A stretch of 64,000 nt of DNA, taken from the NCBI GenBank assembly GCA_010093815.1, contig ML996586.1; one strand, 5' to 3'. A program made the translations under genes and the position numbers. Position 1 is the first letter of the stretch. The number at the start of each line of letters is the position of its first letter. Of the stretch, positions 39,524 to 51,835 are shown one piece after another. The notes below the pieces were generated by a model. The model was not told where the DNA came from. It saw only the letters and a list, made by a program, of their open reading frames with translations, and ran no database searches. Source of the stretch: Pseudovirgaria hyperparasitica (lineage: Eukaryota).

Positions 39524-41034
39524 ATAATAATAATAATAATATTGTATAACTAGGTAGAGTAGTACTCTATAGGCCTATGCCTCCTCTAGTCTAAGCCACT
39601 ATATAAGAAGAAACCCCATAGGGAAAAACTTCCTTATGTCTATAACTACATCTCGTGGAACCTCTGTTTCGTCTTAAGTATACAGCCATAGGGTACGCCT
39701 ATTAGCCTATAGCCTATGTTACCATTGTTTTACCCTTAGGCAGCACGTGTAGGTACGGAGGTTATTAGTCAAGGGCTGCCCTCGACTAATAATCGGGGTT
39801 TGCCTAGGGTTCTTCTAGTATATGTCGGGCCTCTAGTTCGAAGTCGGATAACTCCTATAGGTTCGACGTGCCCTATACCATTAGACTCTACTCCTGTTTT
39901 CGCCTTATCTTATCCCCTTTAGACTTATACCTCCGGCTCTACTAGAAGAGGGGCACGACGCCTTATCTAGCTAGGAAACTACGAGGTTTACTCCTTAAAC
40001 TCATATTACTAGCGTGCGTGCCTAGCGACACGTTCTATCTCTTTATAAATCGATACGCGCATCCGTTCTCTCGGGCTATATAGTAGTCTCCCCGGCTAGG
40101 ACGTGATCCCGCCTACTTCTAGGTATACTAAAGGTTAGAGCCTATTAAAGGGGTGAGGTCCTTAGAGCTAGTAGTTACTACTATATACCACGCCCCGCCT
40201 TTAAGCATGGCTACTATCTAGTTTCACGTTATCTATGAGGATCTCTCCATGATAGGCCGACCGTGTCTTATAGGCGAGCATCCTTTAAATCCTATACATA
40301 TATACTCGCGTGACGCGCCTAGGCAACTTAAGTATCCTCTATCTACTAACCCGACTTATTTCTACTACTTTTTAATGGGTCCCTATAGCCGCCTCTTGCC
40401 TATGTCCGTGTACTATTATCTATGTATACTAGCGCCCTACCTCCTACGGTAGACTATAACATCTCTCGTACACGGGAGCCGCTCTATCTATCCTAGACCT
40501 AAGCGGTATCCCGTATCGAGTGAAAGGTCTTAATAGAGTCGCGCTACTAGTGGTCGCGCTAGGCGTCTTAATAAACGTAGTTTAATACTATAGGAGAGTT
40601 AGCCTTAATAAGTTCATCCGCGGTAGTTTATAGTTACCCTCAACGTGATTTCTCGCTAATCCTTATGTACCTAGAGCCATTTAAGCCTCGAGGTGTCCTA
40701 TCGCGCTACTAGGACTTCCGCTTTCTCTACCCACATGGTAAGGTAGATTCAGGCCTACTTTCAATATAGTAGTAGCGCGTTAGGTGGTTTTCTTATCCCG
40801 GTATTCTCGTGGACTCCTCTTAACGCGTTAATTAAGAATAGGATAGAAGTATATACTATTCTAGCTGGTTTATTACGGTGTGGTCCCTATAGAGTAACGC
40901 GTCGCGAAAACTCTATAACCACCTATCTAGCGACGACGAGGTCGCCATTAACGCCGCTCCGAATCTCTTACTACCTCCGAAGAGGCATTGCCTAGCTACG
41001 ACGACGTGGACGCGGTTCGTGAGACTTCGTAGCC
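39524..41034 (-). mobile_element. Non-autonomous chimeric retroposon: ~1-kb non-coding head plus LINE 3' end and tail, inserted in the RNase H of Gypsy A
   Basis: 13-bp TSD TTAGTTAACTATA (39511-39523 and 41035-41047). 39524-39830 matches the LINE 3' end 44516-44785; 39982-41034 is homologous to 56786-57791. Confidence 0.9.
39762..39792. repeat. Shared palindrome in LINE-derived 3' UTR, least RIPped full copy
   Basis: TTATTAGTCAAGGG-ctg-CCCTCGACTAATAA. Confidence 0.92.
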
Positions 41035-43416
41035 TTAGTTAACTATATAAAGATACGAAAGATAAGGTATAATAGTACCCGGTTACCTTCTTTTCCCATA
41101 AAATAGCGGATATAGAGACGCGTTATAATACGCATGACTAGGAACTACTTATAATTATTAAGAGTTTTAAATATTAGCGATATTATCTAGAGGGTTCTAT
41201 ATATTAGATCGAATTATTATCGGACCATGTAAATCTACGTTACTTTATATTAACTAAGATACTTAATTACCGATAAGTATATTAGGCTAAGTAGATATTA
41301 ATATCTAACTTTAAAATCTTATATAAAGCCGAAAGAGAGAATAAGGTAGATCCCCTATTAAGGCGTAAAGATTATAAGAAATCGTTATAGATTAAGGTAG
41401 ATAGTTAGTATACTTTAGACTATGCTATGCTTAAGATATTATAAGACTAATTATCTAGTAGAGTACCGGAAGCTAGAACACTTTCGGTAACTCTCCGCGG
41501 GAAATAGAGCGGGTATTAAGTAATTAAAACTAACGTCTAAGAATTAGACTAAATTCTTAAAGACTTAATTAAATCTATCTAAAGTTCTAATGCATTAGTA
41601 AAGAATATTATAGATATATAGGAATGTGCCGTAGACTAGCTATGGTTATTAAGGTGGGAACGCCGATTAGACGCGATCTACTTCTAGAACTATCTCTACG
41701 TGCCGGAAGGTGGCCTATAAATTACTATCTTAAGAGAATAGTATAATTACGCGTTAGTAGAATACTTCGGCGTTACGAGAATAACTAAATTAATCTAAAG
41801 AATATATAACTAGCTAGGTCTTTATAAATATATAAAAGAATACGTAAAGACATGTAACGTCTATTAGTATACTAAAGTATATAGGCACTTACCATATAGC
41901 GAATTAAGGCTATTACCTATACCGAAAGAGGTATAGAAGGAACTATTAATAGATTTCATTACCGATCTACTACTAAGTAAGTATTTTAGTACTATTTATA
42001 ATAGCTTACTTATAGTTCTAGATAGATTTACGAAGATATCGTACTATATTCCTATAAGGAAGATAATCTAAGTACCGGATCTTATAGATGTGCTCCTCTG
42101 TAAGGTAATTAGACTCTATAGTATACCGAACGGTATAGTTTCGGATAGAGGTCCGTAGATAACGTCTAAATTCTAGAAAGACTTCTACTATACGCTAGGA
42201 ATCAAGCGGAAACTTAGTACTATATTCTATCTATAAATAGATAGGTAGACGGAACGGTAGAATTAGATAATTAAGGCGTATCTACGTACGTATTATAACT
42301 ACGAGTAGAATAACTAGGTAAGGCTAGTATATATTACGGAATTCGCGTATAATAATAGTCGATATACGTTAACCTACGTAAGTCTATTCGAAGCGAACTT
42401 CGGTCGTAACTATAATATATAGTTTATCGGAACTTAGTTTAAAGCTATATAGCTAAACGTTAAAGCGACGGAAATTACTATAGAACTATTCTAAACGTAG
42501 AGAAGCGTTAGAAAGCTACTATAGAATACTATAGATTATAGTAAATCTTACCACGATAGGCGAAGAAAGCCTATAATCTTTAGCGTTAGAGATAAAGTTC
42601 TACTAAATAGTAGGAATATTCGGAATATTAGGCCTAAGAAGAAGCTTAACTATATAATGATAGGTCCCTTTAAGGTTACTTATGTAATTAATAACTAAGC
42701 GTACGAGTTAAAGCTTCCTCTAACTCTAAAGATATATAATATATTCTATATTACGCTTCTTAAACCATTTCATGCCTTATTACTACCGGATTATTCCGAA
42801 TAGTAGATATATAAAGTAGTTATATAAGAAGGTATAGACATCTACGAAGTTAACTAAATACTTAGCTAATAACGTACCGAAGATAGTACATGGTTATATA
42901 AAATTCGCTAGAAAGGCTATAGTCCGGACGAAGATATATAGGAACCTATAATAAATATTAGTAAAGTAGCGATATTAGTATATAAGTAATAATTAATAAA
43001 GGAAGTCGATAATCTATATAGAGATGCTCCGAAGCACGGCGAATCTATATATTTTAGTATAGTTTAGCGTTAAGGGCGACCCCCGAAAAGAAGAAAGGTA
43101 AAAGTTAATAAGAATTAATAAGAAATTAATAAAGACTTCTTAGGAAATTCCTTTAAAATTCCGAATCTAGGAACTTAGAAAATTAAAGTTAGGAAAAATA
43201 CCTCTAAGTAGGCATGTAATATAAATCGGTATAGATTAGTAGAAATTACTAAAGAAAAGAAGATATTATTAAAGAAAGATAAAATTATAGACTAAAGAAA
43301 AGAGATCCGTAAAGATCTATATAAATCTACCTAGAAAAAGCTAAAAACGCTAGATAAAGAAATAGAGTAGTACCGATTAGTATAAATCTAAACTAATTAA
43401 GGGCGAGCGGGGGGAG

Positions 43417-44370
43417 CCGGACTAATTACTATAATAAGCGGATCTAATTCCTTCCGCTATACACGGGTTAGTAAAGTATAGAGCTATATAATATAAGTTT
43501 CTAGCCTTTCGTAGCGACGCTACGAAACCTATATAGCGTACTTTATATTTATAAACTCTTCTAAAGAAACTTACGGAACTATAGGAGCCGGGGCCTAAGT
43601 AATATAGACGCGCTAAGAATTATAAATCTTAGTAAGAAGATTTAAAGATTAGCTTAGATTTATATACCTTAGTAATAGGAGTATTAGAATCGGTATTATC
43701 CTTACTAAACTTATAACTTTTTAGTAGACGGGATATAGAGATCTTAGCTTTTTTACTAGAACCTATCCTAGGAATCTCTAGGTCCCTAGAGTATAGGAAG
43801 AAGTCCGAAGTGGTAATAATTTTTATATTATTTTAAAAAATAATATATATTAGTAGAGATTAGCAAAGATTTATAGAAAATAATATTACCTAGTAATCGT
43901 AGTAACTATAGCGGTAGTAGTATCTTCTAACTTAGTACGATTAGTATTATCCCGGTACTTCTAGGTATAATCTATACCGATCTTACGAAGCTCGTAGAAG
44001 GCTAACTCTAAAGTATTATAATTAGCACGATTATTCTCCTTATCTACCTTAGATATACGAGGCCTAATATCGATCTATATAGAAATAAGTAAATTAGTAG
44101 AAAGCGGTATAGTATCTATATAAATACCTATAAATAGTTACGCTTCTTGGTTAGATATATACCGTATATTATAGAACTAGTACTACCGTATATACGCGCC
44201 TTAGGGAACTAATAATCTATATACTTTATACTTAGAAGGTCGTTATCCGGGCTAGTAGGGGGTATAGTTATAGCCTTCGCTATATTAGTAATATAAGCTA
44301 GGCATGGATTATTCGAAGGCGTAGCCTTCCTTACTAATTACTTTATAGCGTTAAGGTTTCGGGATACTAT
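43417..44370 (-). pseudogene. Antisense intron-containing accessory gene in the 3' region of Gypsy A (putative Cys-rich/Zn-binding)
   Basis: P-C-L-A-Y (TGC at 44302-44304), then Y-G-I-Y-L-T-K-K-R-N-Y-L-stop directly before intron 44075-44127 (GT...ACTAAT...TAG). Second copy at ~2960-3790. Ends approximate. Confidence 0.6.
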
Positions 44371-44515
44371 AATATAATTATTATAGATCTAAGTAGATTT
44401 ATAACGAAGTGTTATAGCTATTTAAATCTTTATATAAAACCTTATAGATCTAAGTAGAATTATAGCGAATTATTATTATTATAGACTATTTATATAGAAA
44501 ATTAGTAAATCTATA

Positions 44516-47500
44516 ATAATAATAATAATATTATATAACTAGGTAGAGTAGTACTCTATAGGCCTATGCCTCCTCTAGTCTAAGCTACTATATAAGAAGA
44601 AACCCAAGAGAGGAAAACTTCCTTATGTCGATAATTACATCTCGTTAAACCTTTGTTTCTTCTTAAGTATATAGCTATAGGGTACACCTATTAGCCTACG
44701 GCCTATATTACCGTTATTTTACCCTTAGGTAGCACGTGTAGGTACGGAGGTTATTAGTTAAGGGGTTCTTCCGGCATATGCCGGGTTTCCTCTAATGTAT
44801 ACTAGGTTTCTTCCGGTATATATTTCCGGGTCTACTAGAATTAGAGGAGTAGTAGGTATATAATCATCTACCGGGCGACGTCCTTAGGGTACTTATTAAG
44901 CCATTATATAATATCGGAGGTTCTTATTATATAGATAAGCTTCTACCTTTACGTGTGAAGATCGGGGTATATTATAAGATAGTGGCGTATTATACCTCTC
45001 CGGCCGCACGTCTTATACTATAGAGATACGTCGGGGACGCCTCTCTTATAGAGGTAGTATAGAAGTTCTATAGCGCCCGTTCGGGCTTAGAGGAGTATAG
45101 ATGCCTAGGCCTTTATAAGCCGTTTATATATCTATTTACTCGGCTCCTTCTATGGTCCTTAGATCTACTCTAGATACCTATTCTACTAGGAGGCCTACTA
45201 GGCCCGGAGTATCTCTTTCTACTTATCTTAGATCTATAACTATATACTTCGTCCGAGCTCTTAAAGGCTCTATTAGTCTAGAAGGGTATCTAGGTTATCC
45301 TTAATCTCTTATACTACTTAGTTCGAGTCTATTTCTATCGGGCACTTATACCATAGTCGAGTCCGGCCTATATATAAGAGTACTTAGTAGTATATACTAA
45401 CTCGCGCGTGTAGCGCGGCGAAGGTATATTCTATATTTTCTACACGTTTCTATGCTTATTATTTAGTAAAGTATACTACTCTCTATATCTAGTAGAAGTT
45501 ATATATACTTATAACGTCTATCTCGCGTCGTAGTAGCACCGTGTTAGTAGCTTTATATACGCCTAATATAAGACGGAGTATACGGTTCTATATAGATTCG
45601 AGCTTTATTCGCCTAGTCTATATAAGGGCCGTGTGCTAGTACTCGTGTCCGTACATAAAGGCGGGTCGTACTATAGATATATATAGCTAGCGTGCCTTAT
45701 CCTAGGCGGTTCCCTACGTAGAGGCCGTAATCCGGTATATAGCGGCTTCTATCTAGAGGGCCCTAGAAACGGCGTATGCTACCTATGGTCCCTATTTAAG
45801 CTTATTATCGATTATAACGCCGAGTGTGTATATACTTTATATTGGCGGTTCGTTAAAGGCGTCTATTCTAGGGCGTCACTCGCCTTCCCTAGTAGCCCAT
45901 TTCCTACGGCGGTTAATAAAGTACATGAGTTAGTACTTTTCGGGGGCGAACTTTACTCTATGGCGCTTTACCTATTAGACGTATCTCCCGTAGTCTTATT
46001 CGAGTCGTCTATATGTTTAGCTAGTATTATTATCGATAGCTAGAAGGTATATATCGTCTACGTATCCTACTATCTCTATATATTATATTCTCTAGAGGAG
46101 GTCTATAGTAAAGAAGAGGAAGAGAATCGGGGAGATAGTACTTCCTTATAGAATGCCGTAAGCCGTCTTCTCGTACTTACTTCGATATCTAGGGATGTAT
46201 ATCTAGGTAACTCTTTCGGCAAGGAAGGACTATATAAACCGCGTAATCCACGCGGGTATACGCCTCTTCCGTAAGTTATAGATAAGTCTCGTGTAGTTTA
46301 CTTTATTAAATACGCCGGCCATGTCGAGGGAGAGTAGCGTTACTACACGTCCCTACTTCTATACGGTCTAGACGACTTTGAGGATATATTAGATAGCGGT
46401 AATTAGAGAGCTTCTAGCCTTCGCCTTCTGGTTTACTAGGAGGAGGTTATATTCCTATACTACGGCGCTTATCTTCTTTACGATTATAGTCTCTAGTATC
46501 TTCCCGAGATAGAAGAGGAGGGCGATTAGCCTCTATCCTTTTAGGGAGCTAGGGTTCTTCCCTAGTTTCGGGAGTATAATAGTATAGGCGGCCCGGAAGC
46601 TTTGGGGGTGGTATCCGTTCTTAATATATACTTAAAATATATAACTAATGAGCGGTAGGGTAGCTGGTATAGTGCGTTTAAGGTACCTATTTAGTATTCT
46701 ATCCGGTCCGGGTACCTTATTATTCGGGAGTACTTTAACGGCGTTAAGTATATCCTCCTTAGTAACCTCTTAGGGGATATTAATTACGTCTAGATATTTA
46801 GTATTATTAATATCTAATAGGTCTACTAGCTCCGGGAGGGGGAATATAACTTTACGTAAGATCTCCGTCTTCTCCGGGCTTATAGAGTATATTCTCTCTT
46901 AGTATATTAGGGGAGGTATTAGTGGCGGCGGTATCGGCGCGTCTACACCCTTAGCCTACTTTACCATGCACTATAGCCCTACGGCTTACCGTGTGTGTTT
47001 ATCGGTAATTATATACTATTATTTTCGTCGTTTATTACGGAGGGCCCTATCACGATATCGCACTACTTCCTTCTACTCTTCCCACGCCTCGGTCGTCCGG
47101 ATATAGTATACACGTGTATATAGTCTACGGGTATCTCTTCTATACTCTCGTATTTAAGGTATACCCCTTGCTTCTAGGGGTCTATACGTTTAGTATAGCA
47201 CGTGTTTATCTCTTATAGCTTAGTATACTTAAAGGAGGACTTACACGGCCTTGTCTATGGCTAGGCCGTTGGATACGTTAACTATAGAGGGGTCTAGAAT
47301 CGCCGATTCTAGGTCCTCTAGATATTTATCCTAATTAGTATCCTTCTATAGCTATTTCCCACGTTATTTATTAAGAGTGGAGACGTCTATTACGGTTTCT
47401 ATATATTCATGGTCGGAGTCCGTCTATATCCGGCTCGGGCGGTAGTACTATACTCTATAGCTAATATGCTTGGTGGCAAGGGTGAGGTCGAGCGTAGACC

Positions 47501-49793
47501 CGTCCTCGTCCTATTTATATTTCCTCTAGGTAATCTACCCCATAGGTATAAGGAGGTATAGAAAGTTATAGCACCGTGTATATAGTTCCCTTACTCTAAG
47601 TTCTTCTCTCGCGACGGCTAGGCCTCCCTACTACCTATGGTAGAGATTAAAGTCGCCTAGGAGGATATATTATCCCGGCGTTGTGGTGCCCTCGAGTATA
47701 TCGTCTAGTATAAGCGATTACTATTAATTATAGATGTTATAGATATGGAGAGGCCCTATACTTATCTAGAGATATAGTATTATCTAGAGGTTATTACGTT
47801 CGGTATAAGACCATTCTAAGAGCGGGATCGACTTATATATATAAAACATGACTCTCCTATCCGGGCCCGTAGGGTGGATAGTATAGTATCCTAGGTGTAT
47901 TATTAGCTTATTAGTTTAGTAGTGTTTATATAGTTCCTAGATAGCTATTATTACGGCTCCTGTCTCTTCTAGGAGCGTCGCTTGGTTTTCTCATTTATGT
48001 TATACGTTCGCCTATATAATAATAAGTATATCTTATACCCTTATTAGGTACTAGGGAAAGTTCGAGTCTATATATTAGTGGCGCTAAGGCGTGATTATCC
48101 TCGCGCGGTAGCGGCTTTAAGTATACCCCGGGGTTAGCCTATCTTTCTCTATATAGTATACTATTACGCGTTATCCTCTCCCCTTCGGGGGGTGGTTACT
48201 AGATTCATAAGTAAAGTTAGGGATAGCGGCGAGGGTAGCGAGGGCCTTATAGCTTGGTATATCTACCTCGCCTCTCTTATCTTTATCGCGTTAATATATT
48301 CTACGACCTACTTACGTTTCATATACGTTACCGACTAGGATAGGTATTTCCCGTCGTAGTTAGAGTACTTAGCGGTGTCCCTATCTCGCGTCTCGTTACT
48401 CTACGTCTTATAAGGGTATTCCTTAGTATTATAGCCCTATTTATACTACCTATAGGCGGTCTTCTAAGAGCACCTCTGCCTAGTATACCTATATCCTTAA
48501 TAGTTAAAGCATTACGTTATTACCTATGCCCTATCCTATAGTTCCGCCGTGAGTAGCTCTCCTTTAGCTAGAAAGCCCTCCTATATTATTCTATAGGCGA
48601 GAGCGGGGTCCCTAAGCTCTACTATTATAGTAGAGTACTTTTTTAATTTTATCTTGATCCCTTAGACGTTCTTCTACCACGCCTTCGCGATCTTAATCCC
48701 GGGGTACTTCGGTTTGTTAGATCGCTCTATTCGCTCGATATTATCTTCTCTAATAACGTGTCCTTAGATAGGGACGGTATATACCTATATTAGGTACATG
48801 GTTACGCGGATAGACGCGCTAGAGAAGATGTTATTAATCACGTTCGGGTCGCGCGAGATAGTCTACTAGGCCGTGTTAGTAGTAGTAGTTAGTACTATAC
48901 CTCCTAGGGTGAGTTTGGCGGCCACTATATTTAACTATATCCCTTTCTATTTATTAATCTTATTTATAATATCCTTTAGAGACGCTTACTAGACTTATAC
49001 GAGTACTTCTTTATTCTAGATAGCGACTTATATACTATATACCCCGTCCGTAGGTACCCTTAGTATTTTAGCTAATATAGCTATTCCGCTTATAGGTGCG
49101 GCGACCTATACCTACGTGCTAGGGCGTTTTCCCTAGGTAAGGCCCTCCTAGATCCTCTATAGGCTGGCCTCTATACGATCTAGTCTAGATTCTAGGTCTA
49201 GTTCCGGCGCCTATTTTACTCCTATAGTAAGCTCCCTAATATTCCGGACGAGGTTCCGGAAGATACTAAGGAGGGCCGTTTCTCCCTTCTTAACTTCCCC
49301 TTCTATACGTGCTACCTAGTAGTTAATCTTATCCGGGAGGGTCTCCCCGGGTAGAGTCCCCTCTATCTCTATTATCTATAGCGTTATACGCCCTTGGTTA
49401 TTCGTCGTTTATTAGACGGGGGTTTAATCATCCTAGGATATACCGCTATATGGCCGTTTCTACCGTACTAGTGTTAGGGGTATACCTAGTAGAAGCCGAG
49501 GTACGTCGGTACCTAAGGCCGCTATAATTATTAGTAAAGGGCTACCCGTAACTAATAAAAGGGGGTTAGCGTATTAGCGTTTATTAGAGATAGTCTATAC
49601 TCGTATCATCGAAGAGCCTTCGAGCGTATATATATAGCGTCTCTATACGTCGGTATCGTTATATACTATATACTATACGTACGTACGTGTATTGGAGGTT
49701 GTTATACTCGGTATACTCTATCGTTTGATGTATGTAGATCGCTATATTACCCCGAATTGACTAGTTTGGTCCGTTAGGGTATGAGAAGTTTTT
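44516..49793 (-). mobile_element. Full-length Tad1-clade-like LINE inserted in the 3' region of Gypsy A
   Basis: 14-bp TSD TTAGTAAATCTATA (44502-44515 and 49794-49807); empty site visible at ~3924-3937. Short (TAT)n tail on the element strand; ORF1 knuckles, APE and RT motifs as in 5695-10273. Confidence 0.95.
49528..49558. repeat. Shared palindrome (2 mismatches) upstream of LINE ORF1
   Basis: TTATTAGTAAAGGG-cta-CCCGTAACTAATAA. Confidence 0.88.
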
Positions 49794-50156
49794 TTAGTAA
49801 ATCTATACTAATCTAAGTAAATCGATATAAAGTTATATCTATAGAGAACTAGTAATATACCTAGTAATCTAAGAAATTCTATAAAAAGTTATAGAGTTTT
49901 TTAAAGAAAGGAAATATTCTAAGGAAAGATTTATATATAGGATCTATCTAGGCTTACGTAATTAAGTCACGTAGACACTAGTCCTATTTAGGTAATACTC
50001 CTTGGATTAATAGAACTAAGGCGTTTAAACGGTATCTATAGATATTAGTTTGGTTCGGTATAAACGGTCTATAGAATCTAAATAATAGGTACGGAACGGG
50101 GTAGAAGTATAAAGATTAATATCACTAAGGGTAGCTCTCTAAAGGAAGGGGATTAT

Positions 50157-50382
50157 TATTAGGAATTAACCGAAGGCTAGACTAGATCTATATATATCTA
50201 AGCCGATATAGTAAGAGATGGCGTGATAGGCAGTAAGTGGTCACGTGCTAGTTAGATTAGTATACCTCTAATATATACTCCTTGATTACTACCGAGGGGG
50301 CTTGGTAGTAATTCGTTCTATATAGGAATACACCCCATTGTTCTATCTAGCTATACTACTATCTATTAACCCTATTCTTACA
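50157..50382 (+). repeat. 3' LTR of Gypsy A
   Basis: Follows PPT AAAGGAAGGGGA, ends CA, followed by TSD CTATA. Confidence 0.95.
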
Positions 50383-51835
50383 CTATAAATAGAGATAGAT
50401 AAAGTCTATTTTAAAATATAACCTTAAAGAGAGACGTATATAGAGTGAAAAGTATTAGAATTAGGGTCTTAAGCTATTTAAATATAGGGTCTATATAGAT
50501 AAGGCTTATATAGACCCTATAGAGTACTAAACTAGGTAGATATTATATAAGTAAAAGATAGCTAAGGAGCCTTAAAATCTTTAGTATAAGCCTAATAGAT
50601 AAGACTAGAAATACTACATCGTAAGCTACGTCTCCTAGTTCTATAAAGGAGACCTTATCTTCTATAATAATAAGTAAGTTAAAGTAAGAAGGCCTTAAAA
50701 ATTAGGTAAACCACAATGCCGTAAGAATAAGACTTAGGTTTAATATAAGGCTAGAGTCCTATCCTAGTAGAATTAATATAAGTATAAGGTTATCTATAAG
50801 CTAAAGGGTAATAGAATAATAATAGAGTACTATATTTTAAAGATACTATCTATTTATATAAAGTAGGTAAAGGCCCTTAAGGCCTAGTACTCTTATACTT
50901 TTTAGCTAGTTAAAGATAGAGATCCTTTATATAGGAAGCCTAGAAAAGGTAGTAAGATAGGGAAAACTAATCTAGCTATAGAGGCTAGACTTAAAGAGAG
51001 AATATAAGTTAATTACTACTATATATAGAGTTCTAATCTAAATCCTATAGAAGTCTATTAGGCTATATTAAAGTAGAGATTAAGGAAAAGGATATAGTAG
51101 AATAATAAGAAGCTAAAGTAGTATATTTTAGATATCTAGAATAGTATTATACTCGAGGAAATTTATACCCGGATCTCTAACTTACTAAGATAATATTAGT
51201 ATCTAGTAAAATATAGTAGAGGGTGCATTTATAGCTATAGCTAGTAATCTATTAATAAATTAACGTTTTTTAAGTATATTCTAGTGATGCGGCCTGTGCG
51301 CGGAGACACATCGGTGATCGGTGAGTTTTGGTACCCCCTGTTGCAAGTGTGGCGACATATGAACATGATTGGTAGATTATACATCCACTACCCAGACTAC
51401 AATAGCCTTGTCCCAAGGCAGCCACTTGCCCACTCAAGTCTGTGGAAGGGAAGGCGATGGCGCTTAGCCAAGGCTTCCAGGTTAAACCGAGTCCGCCCCG
51501 GCGGATGCATGGCACAGATGAGAGGCTATCGGACTTAAGATACTGATGGTTAGATGAAACTCCACGCTCTTAATTAACGACTTGACTAGAGTCGAGGTCT
51601 GGGGAAAGGAAGGGCATGGACTGAAATCTGTGGGTATCTAGAAAGGTCTACGCTTCTATCGACGTGCGAGAAGCATCGAATATTTAGAGCCAAATTCTTT
51701 GAAGAGAATGTTGAATGTGGGTTTCCTGCGACCTTCTCACTGCGCCGAACCGCGGAATGGCTCCCCTTCAACACACCATGTAGCGTCCGTTAAGATTGAA
51801 CGGGACGCCGCCGGATGAGCGTTGTTATTTCATCT

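Larger units (their letters stand above)
16768..50382 (+). mobile_element. Chromoviral Ty3/Gypsy LTR retrotransposon, family A (RIP-degraded, hosts nested insertions)
   Basis: LTRs 16768-16994 and 50157-50382, 5-bp TSD CTATA. Gag Zn knuckle ~37765-37810, protease ~37970, RT YLDD-like motif ~38990, RNase H split at 39523, integrase ~41700-42780, chromodomain (RWKGY...DTWEP) ~42840-42960. Confidence 0.95.
16221..51340 (+). mobile_element. Tc1/mariner-like DNA transposon (~1.5 kb of its own sequence: 16221-16767 plus 50388-51340), split by nested retroelements
   Basis: ~43-bp TIRs at 16221-16263 (RIPped) and 51298-51340 (apparently un-RIPped). De-RIPped S(P)DLNPIE..W..LK DDE motif at ~51028-51075. 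TA target duplication not resolved. Confidence 0.8.

Noticed and set aside
40625..40640. GTAACTATAAC on the minus strand, resembling LSU rRNA helix 69
   Set aside because: Only 11 nt with no flanking rRNA similarity; the other copy reads GCAACTATAAC.
51270..51774. ORFs 51270-51515, 51284-51538 and 51586-51774
   Set aside because: They overlap the Tc1 TIR or the amidase downstream region and have no recognisable protein features.
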